Of a DNA stretch of 64,000 nucleotides, positions 1-12,599 are shown piece after piece. Source of the stretch: Hemiscyllium ocellatum. Lineage: Eukaryota. A model generated the notes under the pieces. It was not told where the DNA came from. It made no database searches and worked only from the letters and a program-made list of their open reading frames with translations. Made by a program: the position numbers and the translations under genes. Position 1 is the first letter of the stretch, and every line of letters begins with the position of its first letter. Location of the stretch: positions 2,888,923-2,952,922 of the forward strand of contig NC_083449.1 of NCBI RefSeq assembly GCF_020745735.1, given 5' to 3'.

Positions 1-3000
1 CTAACTCTGCACAGATCAAAACAGTCTATAACAACACAGCTAATTGAAATGGATTAGAATTGTTAACTCAATGAGTATTCCATTTCCAAAGATTTTTCAT
101 GGCAGCTGAGAAGTTGTCTTCCCCATCTGTGTCATAACGCCATTCTCCATTTCATCATTTTGTAGGATTTTTTTTCAGCCCAGAAAGAAAGATTGTATTA
201 TTGTGTCTTTCAAAATTTGTTTCAAGAAATCTATGAAGAACCCTGCATTCATCTTGACTATCTCTCTATTAAACTATAAAAAACATCAAGGAATCAGGAT
301 ATAGTTTTGTCAAGGAGTCAATGGAACCAGATCATTACTATTTAAAGCAGTGCAGAAAGAAAGAAAAAGCTAAAATCGATAGGTTTGTCAAGCTGCTCCT
401 TTATTTTAACCACCAAGAGTTGGTTGTTCAATAAATTGAATTTGACTGTTTAAATATTCTTCACCATTAGTGGAAAATAAAAGACCTTTTGTTTGCCCCC
501 ACCCTACCAGAGAGCAACACAAGAATACTGCTCATGGCTTGCACCAGATCCTGTCCAGATTGGTAAATAGTATAGAATTGGCCACTTCACTTTTCTGCAC
601 AAGGAGCATTGTCTTCAGTCAGCTGCAATGCAGTTGAAGTGTTCACTTAGGAGCAAATAGATTTGGTTAATAATGATCATTAATTCATTGGTAAAGTATG
701 CCACAATACAAAAATTGATAGCATCCTGAAAACCAGACCTTGATATCCCCACTGTTCCTGGTTAGACTCTGCACTATAGGAATTGCAAAAGTCTATTGCT
801 TTTCTCGCCTTGATTCTGAAGAAAAGCACAGATGCTTTTCTGCTGTAATGTGTTGCATGTTCACCTGTCCATGGATCCAATAGGCTCTAAAACTAAAGAA
901 CATAGGCTGTGGACATTATCCAACTACAAATACAAGGCCAAATATTAGCAGATATAGAAACACATCCACGTTCACTGACAGGAGCTGACTCCAGTGGCAA
1001 TGGATGAAACCTGATTCATGTCAAGTAGCAGAAGTTTAAACAATTAATTGTGCTTGCAGTTACGAAAAGTGACATGTTTCAATTTAGACGACACCGAACC
1101 ACTGAAATACAATAAACAAGATTAAGGACCACATTGTTATCAAGTATCAGAGACTGATCGATTGAATTTAGTTCTCAGTCTCAGGCTGGTGCTGATGTAA
1201 ACACACTTTATCCACACTCCCATTTTTGTTTGAGGATCTGAGTAATGCAGAAACATTTCCGCACATTTTATTGAATGAAACACTGATTTATAAGGCATTA
1301 AACCTACCTCAAAGTGTATCAGATCATGACATGCAGAACTGGAAACATAAGGAGATATGCAGAAAATATCAGTGTGGTATAGACCAGTACCGCTCCTTGA
1401 AAGTGATACAGATTGGCAGCACAACAGAAAACTCACTCGTGCACTCAGCCAGTTAATAGAGAAAGGGAAAAAATGAATTAAATTTAGGCTCAGGTATTTC
1501 CAAATATGGACAGTTATAAATTGACTCACCAAACCATTAATCATTTCAGTTAGTGTTAAGATATGACATTTCACAGTGTCTAACAGCGACTGATAAAGAC
1601 TCCTGCATACACAATGTAAAAAAAAATCTGCAAACAATAACATTCAGATTCATGGCAAAGTAAACATTGAACCAACATTAATCCCTCGCTTACAAAGTGT
1701 CAGTGAATATTGATCGAGTTCGTCCAATGCCCAGACCAAACAAATACAACTCAACGTGTAAAGAGAATGAGATTCACATACTCCACCTGATGCTGTTGCA
1801 TACAAAACCAAACTGGCACTATAGTTATTCAATGGCAGAATACAGCAGAACTAATCTCACATTAGCATTTACCTTGAGATACTGGCAGTGAGTGAATGAA
1901 GTTCAGACGTCCAACAATTAGTGGAAATTAGTATGGAGACCAGATGAACAACAGCCCAGTCTGGACACAATGGGCTGAATGGCCGTAGTAATTCTGTGAT
2001 TCTGTCATAAATCACAAAATGCAGAAGAGTTTAAGGCCCAATCACAACACCCTTAAAATCTACTATCACAGAATGAATCTCAGTCACAGAGAATTATTTT
2101 TCCTAAATTCATTCATGGGATGAGGGCATCACTGGCTAGGCCAGTATTTATTGCCCATCCCTAACTGCTCAGGGGGTAGTTATGAGTCAACCACATTGCT
2201 GTGGGTCTGGAGACACAAGGATGGCAGTTTCCTTACAGGACATGAGTCAACCAGATGGGTTTTCCTGAAAATCAATCATACATTCCTGGTGATGATTGGA
2301 CTCTTAGAAAATTATTGGCTGCCAGAGAATTCAGCAACTTTCATACATAAAAGAGTTGAAAGTAGTTGGTACTGACTGAGTACTTGACTCTCACAGTCAC
2401 ACAGCAGAAACTGACAAGGATAGATCAATAAGCCCTCTGATCCTCAGCATCTTCATAACTCACTTCTCCTTGGTGCACAGATTACAGGAATATTACTAAG
2501 TGGCTGGCAAATAGTATAACATATTACAGCTTACATCAGTGCTTGATGGATACAGAATAAAACCTCCTTGAAATAACACCAATTGGCTATTACACAGAGG
2601 AGCAGAATCTGAATGGACAGATGTTGAGTTAATGCAAAATGTGTAAATAAGGATGCGACAGATGCAGAGTTAAATTGACACATATATTGCATGCTAACAG
2701 TTGCTGGTTAACAGGTATTCACATAACACTGAGAAATGCTATAAATCCCTACATGAAGCTGCACAATGCCTAAGCAGTTATTGATAAGTCTCTGGGCCCA
2801 CAGTTATCAATCAAGTTCTCAGAAATATATTAATCCCACACTCAAGATGTGACTCAACTCTTGACTCAAGAAAAGTATGGCACAGAAACTTTTTCTTTCC
2901 ATTTCTCTTTAAGTCTGTGCAATTGAGAATGAGTTGCATCCACCCCAAGCGTAGAAAACACTCACGGTCAGGTTCCAGCAGATTGTGTAACTTGATGACG

Positions 3001-3112
3001 AATGTCATCACAATTTCAAATGGATGAGTTTTTTTTCACACAGTGATAAATTCTGTGTTAATTCAGCATTCAGAGGGAACTGATTGACAGACAGAGCAGG
3101 GCAATGTCTTTC

Positions 3113-3510
3113 ATCATCCAGCTCACTCCAGCCCCAACTGTATCTGGGACTGAACCTTTTCTCCCCAGAGCTGACTATTCCTGAGTAGAGAAGCGCATGC
3201 GTGAGGCCCTCCCCCAGCGCTGCCATTGAGGAGCATTTACTCAGTGAGTACAAGAGGTTTGTTTGAAACAGACCGCAATGGAGAGATCAGCGCCCAGGGA
3301 AGCGAGGGAACAGCAGGCTCCTTCCAGCAGCACATCGGGATGGGAGCCTGGGACACAGAGGGGGCTCCGAGACCGGGATTGATTCGGGGTGAGTTCAGGG
3401 AGAACCGGGGGCTGTTTGTAAGAGGCCGAGCGGAGCAGGAACTGGTCCCGGAACTTGGAGTGAGCGGGCTGGGGGGAAGAGAGAGGCCTTTCTCGGGCTG
3501 TGTGTGGGCC
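3113..3510 (+). promoter_or_regulatory. Conserved GC-rich promoter/first-exon block (NRF1 motif + 5' splice site), copy 1
   Basis: GCGCATGCGT at 3193-3202; donor CA|GTGAGT at 3244; near-identical to 18879-19275 and 63555-63915. Confidence 0.6.
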
Positions 3511-3816
3511 TGCTGAGGGAGGCAGAGCGGGAAGAAGCTGCTGTCGGACATTCTTGTGATTCACAATCCTCTGAACTCTGTTGAGATTTCATTGTTTCCG
3601 ATTGTTTGTTGAGATTGTGCAGTCAATACCGGAATCGCAGACCGACTGTAGGAATGGGATACTCCTGTAAAAGGAGTGTGTCTTGGGAAAAAATAAGGTA
3701 TAGCACCGTTTTTTTTTCTCTCTCCAACAGGTAGTGTATTGGGATTTGGATTTTGAACTGTGTTAGCATTCTGGTGGTGAGTAGTCCTACTCATGGAGCT
3801 GTGCCGTTGCTCAGTT

Positions 3817-3929
3817 TGCTCGAAACGTCGAATTCCCTATTCCTGAGATGCTGCCTGGCCTGCTGTGCTTTGACCAGCAACACATTTTCAGCTGTGATCT
3901 CCAGCATCTGCAGACCTCATTTTTTACTC
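3817..3929 (+). mobile_element. Truncated PLE terminal-repeat fragment, same family as 62684-62813
   Basis: Near reverse complement of 62684-62794; lacks the CTGATGA half of the ribozyme. Confidence 0.8.
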
Positions 3930-4734
3930 TTATGAGAAATAAATGCAATCTCCAGACAAAGAGCAGCTCACTGCAACAATGGAATCCGATCCGTGGCTCT
4001 GTTTAAGTTGCTGGCTTATCCTAACGAATATGCAATGAATGTGACATTGATCAATATTGCCAGACTCACTTCACATTGATTAATAGGTGGTGTCTCTCTA
4101 TCTTCCTCCAGACAAATACCTGAGGGACGAAGACACTGTGATACTTCTTCGGTTCAAAGGGAAGTGGGACCAGCTGCCTTGAGCAAACAGCAGGTATGTA
4201 GCCCTTTGACATTTACACCATTTTGAAGATAGATAAACTGAATCCTCATCCAAAATAGACACTCAGCAACAGCATTAAAATCAGCATTTAATAAGAACAT
4301 TTTCTACAATGTAGATAAACAAATAGATCATACTGTTACATCGTTTCAACAACCATCTGTGAGGTAGCTGCTAAGTACAGAGATGGAGGGAAACTGTGCT
4401 CATCAACAGTTTCTCTCTCTCCATTCTCAGTGCACATCACCCCATTTCCAACAAGTGTTATTATTTACAGCCATCGAGTCATACAGATGTACAGCACGGA
4501 AAGAGTCCCTTCGGTCCAGCCTCGACCACTTATCCATGCTGCTCATGATTTTATGAACCTCTATAAAGGTGCCTCTCCAGGGAAAGCAGCTCCAGCCTAT
4601 TCAGCCTCTACCGCTAACTCAAATCCTCCAACCCAAGTGAAGCACATTTACATGGAGTTTATCTGTGACTGAGAAGGACAGCATTAACCTTTTACTGAAT
4701 AGTCATCACAGACAGAGATGACAATTACATAATG

Positions 4735-7222
4735 TGATTTCCAAACAGTTTCTGCAAAAGTCTGAGTTTTTCTTGCTCCTAAATGACGACCTTCTGGTAG
4801 CTCATGTGCTATTCACAACACCTCCTTTCCATAACCCACTGGCAATACAACTTCATACAGTTCTGTCCCTTTCTCATCAGCCTGAATGTGTGACGGTCTC
4901 CATTTCCTCATTAGTACATCATTACTAATATAATAATATGCAGGGATATATTCAGATTATTTTTCTGTGTTGGCCTTTTGGTACAATTCCTTTAAATTTT
5001 CATCTTTCTGCTGTAACTTGGTTAATTTATCTCAGCTAAAGATGTCTGCTTTGTCATCTATCTCTTCCCGGTTTGTCTCAACCATCTGATCAAACAGGAT
5101 CTCTGCTAATTTCACTTCAACTTTCATATCTGTACTCTTTGATCTTTCCTGTTTCAACTGGTGATTTTGTCACCACACAGTCTGGAAAATGCCCAGGTTA
5201 TATGTCCAGCAATAATTCAGTTGCCTGAGTTTTCACTGGCTTTTCAACAGCAGCACTCCTACCGGTGAATCAACAATACCATTAGCAAGGACAGATTGTA
5301 TTCCCGGAGCTGAGAGTTTGTCCACTACCCCTACCACAACTTCTCCACTCGTCACTGCACTGGACACTCTAACCTCACTTCTCACAATTCAGTGTTTCTT
5401 GTCTCAACATGAATTCCTGTTACTAGTACATTTTTGAGCAATAGTCCTTCAGAGGTATGTATCACCTCATCTTTCAGCATCACAGATTGAGAGGATCTTT
5501 GTATCTCTTAATATTGTAACCACTTTACCTGATCCTCTTAGCCTATGCGAGTAAACGTTACCTTCAGAGGTGGATGGTTTAAGAAGATCTGGCAACTCCG
5601 TCCAGCTTGTACATTCTGGTGCAGCTTTCGAATCTCCATTGTGCTTTCTGTTACCTCTATAACAAAATTCATTGGCTTCTCCTGTTTCCTACATCTGGCT
5701 TCCCAGTGTTTTTCCTAACCCACCAATACTCTGATTTCATGTGGCCTACTTTATTGCAGGGAAAACACCAGAGCTTTTTAACTTCCCTTTCCCCTTCAAG
5801 GATTTCCTTTTTAAGTTGTGATAAGTCATCCTTATGACCTTCACTGAAATCTATAATTTCCTTTCCATGTGAGGATTTCTCTTATCTTCAACTTCTATCG
5901 CTCATGGATTGAAATTGGCTTTAGAAGCCAAACTTTGATCAACTCATAACCATCAGCCGTTTCAGCTGCCAGTCTTGCCATTTTAACTCTCTGCTCTTCC
6001 ACATGAGTTTTCACTAATTCAGGAAGTGAATTTTTGAACTCTTGTCTATGTGCCAATTTCCAAAGTTCAAACTCCCTCTCTTTCTTTCTTTCCTTTCTCT
6101 CCTTTTCTCTCTCTCCTCGTTCTCTCTTCTGCATTTAATCATAATTCAAAAAAATTCATTTCTGTTGCCCTTTCCTTGTCTTTTGCCTCTTACTCAAGTT
6201 GCTGCATTTTTCATTGAATGTTAGCCATCGCTGAAGATTCTGATGGTGTTTCCAACAAGTGTGAATGCTGAGCTACTGCTGTAATTATCTCTCCTTTCCT
6301 CATGGAAGGACACAGACTCAATCCCAGATTGTCTGCTATTTCCAGCAGCTTACCCTTAATCACCTTTTGTAAAAGGCCTAAAATCACTTCTTCCACCTGC
6401 AGAAAACTCTGGTTGACTGAAAGACGCATTGCTCTCCGAAGCATAGTTTAAACCAACTGAATTCAAAACCTGGAATAAAAGACACTAACACCTACCACTC
6501 GCTGCCTTCAAGTCCAACAACCCTAATCCCAAATCAGAACTACAGAACAAATCCTGCAAAGAGCCCCCTAACTTGTATGGACCAGGCCAGACCTGCTCAA
6601 AACATTTCAAGTTGACTGGACCCTAACTTTGCAAGTTGTTTTAAGCAGGTGTAACTCAGATAGTCCCAGAGTGATGTAGCTGGTCAAACCACAGAGTTTT
6701 AAACCAGACAGAACTGATTTACAAGATTATCAAATGAAACACAAACAAATGCTCCTATGCCTTAAAAGAGAACAGAATACTGAATAACTTAACCTATCCG
6801 AAAACCCTACAGATTATACCAACTTAATGATGCTGTTCCCAATACTTGCAAAAATCCCCATAAACACCCCTTCACACAAAAAAGATAAAATCAAGCACAG
6901 GGTCTTAGAGGAGAGATGTCACAGAGAGAGAGAGAGAGAGAGAGAGAACCAGCTTCTTTGGGTTTAGCAGCTGTTCCAAATGCCTGACTGCTTTCAGTCA
7001 ATAGCCAGACAGCTAAAGACCAAATCAAACCAGAGAAAAGCTGAGCTGGAAAAACTGGGACACTCCCCTCTCATTGCACAATTGTTCTTTTTAAAAATGT
7101 GGAAGCCTTTTGCCTGAGGCATTATCTATTAGCTATAATTAAAATGTCCCTAAAACCCATCAAGTCAGACTTTTCAGAGCCTGTGTCTTTTACAGGCTTG
7201 TTAAAGGAGCAGCAGCATCACA
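4735..7222 (-). mobile_element. Gmr1/Gypsy-like LTR retrotransposon relic (LTR ~6574-7222, PBS, gag with SCAN-like and zinc-knuckle remnants, protease remnant)
   Basis: KLLEIADNLGL; EFKNSLPELVKTHVEEQ; CFPCNKVGHMKSEY; TILRDT; GGGGGCTC tRNA-Pro-like PBS next to TG...CA LTR. Confidence 0.75.
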
Positions 7223-8205
7223 GCTGACTGGTTCAAAAAGTAAAAGCTGTGGAATACAGGGTAATGTGTTGAATTGGATGCAAAGTTGGCTTAGTAACAG
7301 GAAACAAATGGTAATGGTTGATGGCTGCTCTTGTGAATGGAAAGTTGTTTCAAGTGGTGCTCTGCATGGCTCAGTGTTGGGACCTCTGCTGTTCGTTTTA
7401 TACATTAAGGATTTGGACTTGAATATGGTGGGGAGATTTGTGAAATTTGCAGATAACACAAAAGTTGGTCATTTCGTGGATAGTGTAGAAGATGGCTGTC
7501 ATCTCCAAAAGTATTATAGATGGTTTGGTGGAGTGGGCAGGAAAATGGCAGATGGAGTTCAGCTCTGATAAGTGTGAGGGAATGCATTTTGGGAAGTCAA
7601 ACAGTAAATGGGAATAGACAATAAATAGGAATATACTGAGGGGCAGGGTGAGTGTGCAAGTGCATGGGTCACTATGGGTAGATAGGGTTGTAAAGGAGGC
7701 ACGTGGAATGCTCTCCTTCATGGACAGAGGGATGGAATTCAAAAGTAGGGATATAACAATGAAACCATATAAGGCATTGGTGAGGCTACAACTGGAGTAT
7801 TGTGTGCACTCTGAAAGTTTGTGCTTCCAAATATACCTATAACCTGGTGTTGTGTGATTTTTCACGAAATAGTGAGAGGGAGAGATTAGAGTATGCAGGA
7901 CGAACCTGTTTCCTTTGGCAGAGTTCAAACACCAGGTATTATTGATTCAAATGAAGTAGTGTAGAATACATGATATGTGAGGAATTTTTTTTATATACAT
8001 AGAGTGGTGGGTATCTGGAATTTGGTGCTGCAGGCAGAGACCCTAAACTCTTTTAAACAAAAATCTCTGGAACTGCACCCCCAGTTCTGTTAACTGCAAG
8101 GCTATGGGCTGCGGCAAGAAGATGGGACGAGAAAGGGCCTTTGAGTTGGCATGGACAAGATGGGCTGAATAGCCCCCTCTGTGCTGTATTGTTTTTATGA
8201 TTCAA
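7223..8205 (+). mobile_element. CR1-type LINE 3' fragment, degenerate
   Basis: [16 protein letters not shown]; LVRLQLEYCV. Confidence 0.85.
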
Positions 8206-9154
8206 TAGTTATCAATTGGCCCCTGCCAGACTTTGCAGTGTGAATATGTAAATATATTGACCATATAATGAATGTTACAGTTTGATAACGACACTCTCAC
8301 ATTCTCCAAGCAGGAACTGACAGATATAGATCAATAACTAAACTCACATATCCACATACACACTTGCATCAGGTAGGCCCCATTTATGGAGCTGTACGGG
8401 TGTTGTTTCATTTCTGGATCTCATTCCTTTGGGCTTAGAATTTTAAGAGAAAATGGACAAGGAACAGCTCAGGGCAGGAGTGGAATCAGACCCATGGTTC
8501 GGTTTACATTGCTGGCTTTAATTTAAAAAAAAACTTAATGATGAGGAACTGAATGTTACGTTGATGTTGCCAATCACAGGAGGTATCCCTTCTGTCTTCC
8601 TCCAGGCAAGTACTCAAAGACAATGTAATATTCCCTTGGTACAGAGCCAAGTGTGACCAGTTGCTTCGAACAAACAGCAGGTATGTTACTGCTGTCAGAG
8701 TGAAGAACATCCTTTCCACAGTCACAGAGTGGATTGAGTCAGGTTCACATTCAGCTCCATTCCCAGAGAGATACGTTCAAACCAAGAGTCAAACACCACC
8801 AAGGAAACTGAAGTTTATATTTTTTAATCTATATTCTAAATGCATCCTACCCAGTTTCAATCAACTTGAATGACTTCTCATCCAAAATATACACTGCATT
8901 AAAATCTGAACATCGAACAGTACAGGACAGGAATGGGTCCTTCAGCCCACCATGTTGTGCCGAACATGCCGTCAAAATGCAATTAATCCCTTCTCCCTGG
9001 CCTTGGTCCATAACCCTCTATTTCTTACATATTCATTTGCTTACCTAAAAGTCCTTTCAATACCCTTGTTGTAGCTTCCTCCATCTCCACCCCAGGCAGT
9101 GTGTTCCACTGCTACCACTCTCTTTGTTTAAAAATAAAACTGCCCCTTATGTCT

Positions 9155-11885
9155 CAGAGTCATAGAGATGTACAGCATAGGCCAGGTGCTGGCAGCAGGA
9201 GTAGATTGGGTTGGGATATCTGGTTGGCATGGACTGGTAGGAGCCTAATACAGTCAAAATTGGCCTTTCTCCAATTTAGAATTTCAACTTTTAGATCTGG
9301 TCTATCCTTTTCCATCACTATTTTAAATCTAATAGAATTATGGTCGCTGGCCCAAAGTGCTCACCCACTGACACCTCAGTCACTTGCCCTGCCTTGTTTC
9401 CCAAGAGTAGGTCAGGTTTTGCATCTTCTCTAGTAGGTACATCCACATAATGAATCAGAAAATTGTCTTGTACGCACTCAACAAATTGCTCTCCATCTAA
9501 ACTCTGAACACTATGTCAGTCCCAGTCTATGTTTGAAACGTTAAAATCCCCTACCATAACCACCCTATTATTCTTACAGATAATCATAGAGTTGTACAGC
9601 ATGGAAACAGACCCTTCAGTCCAACCCGTCCATTCCAACCAGATATCCCAACCCAATCTAGTCCCACCTGCCAGCACCCGACCCATATTCAAACCCGTCC
9701 TATTCACATAACCATCCAAATGCCTCTTAAATGTTGCAATTGCACCAGCCTCCACTACATCCTCTGGCAGCTCATTCCATACACGTACCACCCTCTGTGT
9801 GAAAAGGTTGCCCCTTAGGTCTCTTTTATATCTTTCCCCTCTCGCCCTAAACTTATGCCTTCTAGTTCTGGACTCCCCGACCCCAGGGAAAAGACTTTGC
9901 CTATTTACCCTATCCATGCTCCTCATAATTTTGTAAACCTCTATAAGGTCACCCCTCAGCCTCCGACGCTCCAGGGAAAACAGCCCCAGCCTGTTCCGCC
10001 TCTCCCTGTAGCTCTGATCCTCCAACCCTGGCAACATCCTTGTAAATCTTTTCTGAACCCTTTCAAATTTCACGACATCTTTCCGATAGGAAGGAGACCA
10101 GAATTGCACGCAATATTCCAACAGTGGCCGAACTAATGTTCTGTACAGCGCAACATGACTCCTAACTCCTGTATTCAATACTCTGACCAATGAAGGAAAA
10201 CATACCAAACACCTTCTTCACTATCCTATCTACCTGCGACTCCACTTTTGAGGAGCTATGAACCTGCACTCCAAGGTCTCTTTGTTCAGCAACACTCCGA
10301 AGGACCTTACCATTAAGTGTATAAGTCCTGCTAAGATTTTCTTTCCCAAAATGCAGCACCTCGCATTTATCTGAATTAAACTCCATCTGCCACTTCTCAG
10401 CCCATTGGCCCATCTGGTCCAGATCCTATTGTAATCTGAGTAATCCTCTTCGCTGTCCACTACACCTCCAATTTTGGTGTCATCTGCAAACTTACTAACT
10501 GTACCTCTTATGCTCGCATCCAAATCATTTATATAAATGACAAAAAGTAGAGGGCCCAGCACTGATCCTTGTGGCATTCCACTGGTCACAGGCCTCCAGT
10601 CTGAAAAATAATCCTCCATCACCACCCTCTGTCTTCTACCTTTGAGCCAGGTCTGTATTCAAATGTATTCCATGAGATATAACCTTGCTAATCAGTCTCC
10701 CATGGTGAACCTTGTCGAACGCCTTACTGAAGTTGAAATGACTGGAGCCTAAATCCAGCACCTTACACCACTCAGCCACGCTACCGTGGTTATAGCTGAG
10801 ATCTCCTTACAAGTTTGTTTTTCAATTTCCCTCTGACTATTCGGGGGTCTATAATACAATCCCAATAAGGTGATTATCCCTTTCTTATTTCTCAGTTCCA
10901 CACAAATAACTTGCCTGGATGTATTTCCAGGAATATCCTCTCTGAGTACAGCTGTAATGTTATCCCTTCTCAAAATGCCACACCCCCTCCTCTCTTGCCT
11001 CCTTTTCTGTCCTTCCTGAAGCATTTGTATCCTGTAACATCAAGGTGCCAATCCTGTCCATCCCTGAGCCATGTTTCTGTAATTGCTATGATATGCCAGT
11101 CCTATGTTCCTAACTATGCCCTAAGTTCATCTGCTTTTCCTGCATTTACTTCTCTTGCCATGAATTAAATGCAGTTTAGTTTATTCGTCCTACGTTTTCC
11201 CTGCTTGCCCTGACTGTTTGACTCGCTTCTGTTCTTTACTGTACCAGTCTCAGACTGATCTCTTTCCTCACTACATCCGTGGTCCCACGCCCCCCCCCCG
11301 CCCCGCCCAACTTAATAATTTAAATTGTCCCGAGCAGTTCAAAGAAATTTCCCTGCCAGTATATTAGTCCCCTTCCAATTTAGGTGCAATCCGTCCTTCT
11401 TATAAAGGTCACTTCTACCCCAAAAGAGATTCCATTGATCCAAAAATGTGAATCCTTCCCCATACACCAGCTCCTCAGTCATGCATTCATCTGTTCTATC
11501 CTCCTATTCCTGCTCTCACTAGCTTGTAGCACTGGGAGTAAATTCCTTTTTAAATTTCTGCCTAACTCTCTGTAATCTCCCTTCAGATTCACAACCTTTT
11601 TCCTTCCTATGTTGTTGGTTCCAATGTGGACAATGACCTCTTGCTGTCCCCTCTTCCCCCGTGAGAACATTCTGCACCCTCTCGGAGACATCCTTGATCC
11701 TGGCACCAGGGAACCAACACCATTCTGCTTTATCGCTGCTGGCCATAGAAACATCTGTCTGTACCTCGGACTACAGAATCCCCTCACACAATTGATCTCT
11801 TGGAAGCCTTCGTTGCATTCGAGCCAGTCTCAGTACCAGAAACTTGGAATCTCAGTGGAATGTAGCATGGACAGCTATCACCCCC
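9155..11885 (-). mobile_element. Nested CR1 LINEs (ORF1 esterase and endonuclease remnants; younger RT 3' piece ~9585-10735)
   Basis: [51 protein letters not shown]. Confidence 0.92.
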
Positions 11886-12154
11886 CTACACTTTCCAAAC
11901 ATCATACCTGTCCAAAGAGAAATCAAATATTGACATGAAGAGTACACATTCAGACAGGTACCCAGAGGTGATTGGACACAGAGTGAGAAAGCTCTCATAA
12001 AGTGGTCTGGTTATAAACATGTGAACAATAAATTCAAATACACATGCAGAATATAACTTAATCAAAAACTGTACCATTGAATAAAAGTTGTGGAAATTAT
12101 CCAATCTGCTTTACACTGTCGAGACTGATTAATGATAGAAAAAGTCTCACTTTC

Positions 12155-12499
12155 ATTTACAATACATAGAATTTCTCCAGTGAAGAGGGGGGTAATTTGG
12201 CCCAGTCCCCTGCAACAACTCTCCAAAGCAGATCTCACCCAGACGTAGACCCCACCCTATCCCCATAACTCCACGTTTATCACAGTCAACCACTGACACT
12301 GTACATCCTTGAATAATACAGGACAATTTACCATGGCTATTCCACCAACCCTGCACATGTTTGGACCATGCAAAGAAACTAGAGCACACAGAGGAAACTC
12401 AGGCAGACACTGGCAGAACGTACAAGCTGCACACAGATAATGAACCAAGGCTGGAATTGAATCTGTGTCCCTGGCACCACTGTGCCACCATGCCACCCT
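12155..12499 (-). mobile_element. tRNA-derived SINE (HE1/V-SINE-like)
   Basis: Minus strand GGTGGCATGGTGGCACAGTGG..GATTCAATTCCAGCC..GGCCATGGTAAATTG-like V-domain. Confidence 0.7.
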
Positions 12500-12599
12500 G
12501 ACATGGATGGCAATAGATAAAATCTTATTCATGTTGAGCAACAGAGATTTGAAGTAAATAGAGCTCCTGCAGTTTCTGCAAGTGTCATGTTTAACAGAG

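Larger units (their letters stand above)
3200..8680 (+). ncRNA. Putative spliced non-coding transcript, unit 1 (exons ~3200-3243, 3731-3776, 4112-4193, 8606-8680)
   Basis: Internal exons have polypyrimidine-AG acceptors and GTGAGT/GTATGT donors conserved in paralogous copies; no shared open frame found. Confidence 0.4.

Noticed and set aside
3226-3592. Several 65-133 aa ORFs across the conserved GC-rich block
   Set aside because: Indels in the G-run change the frame between copies, and no domain is recognisable
3722-3736. AG|GT as a recursive (zero-length exon) splice site
   Set aside because: GTAGTG is a weak donor, and a better donor at 3777 defines an ordinary 46-nt exon
9516-10625. CR1 ORF fragments as functional genes (also 45733-49676 and 53271-54135)
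   Set aside because: Frameshifted, deleted and nested LINE remnants
12440-12499. tRNA gene
   Set aside because: A/B-box-like head of a SINE; no complete cloverleaf
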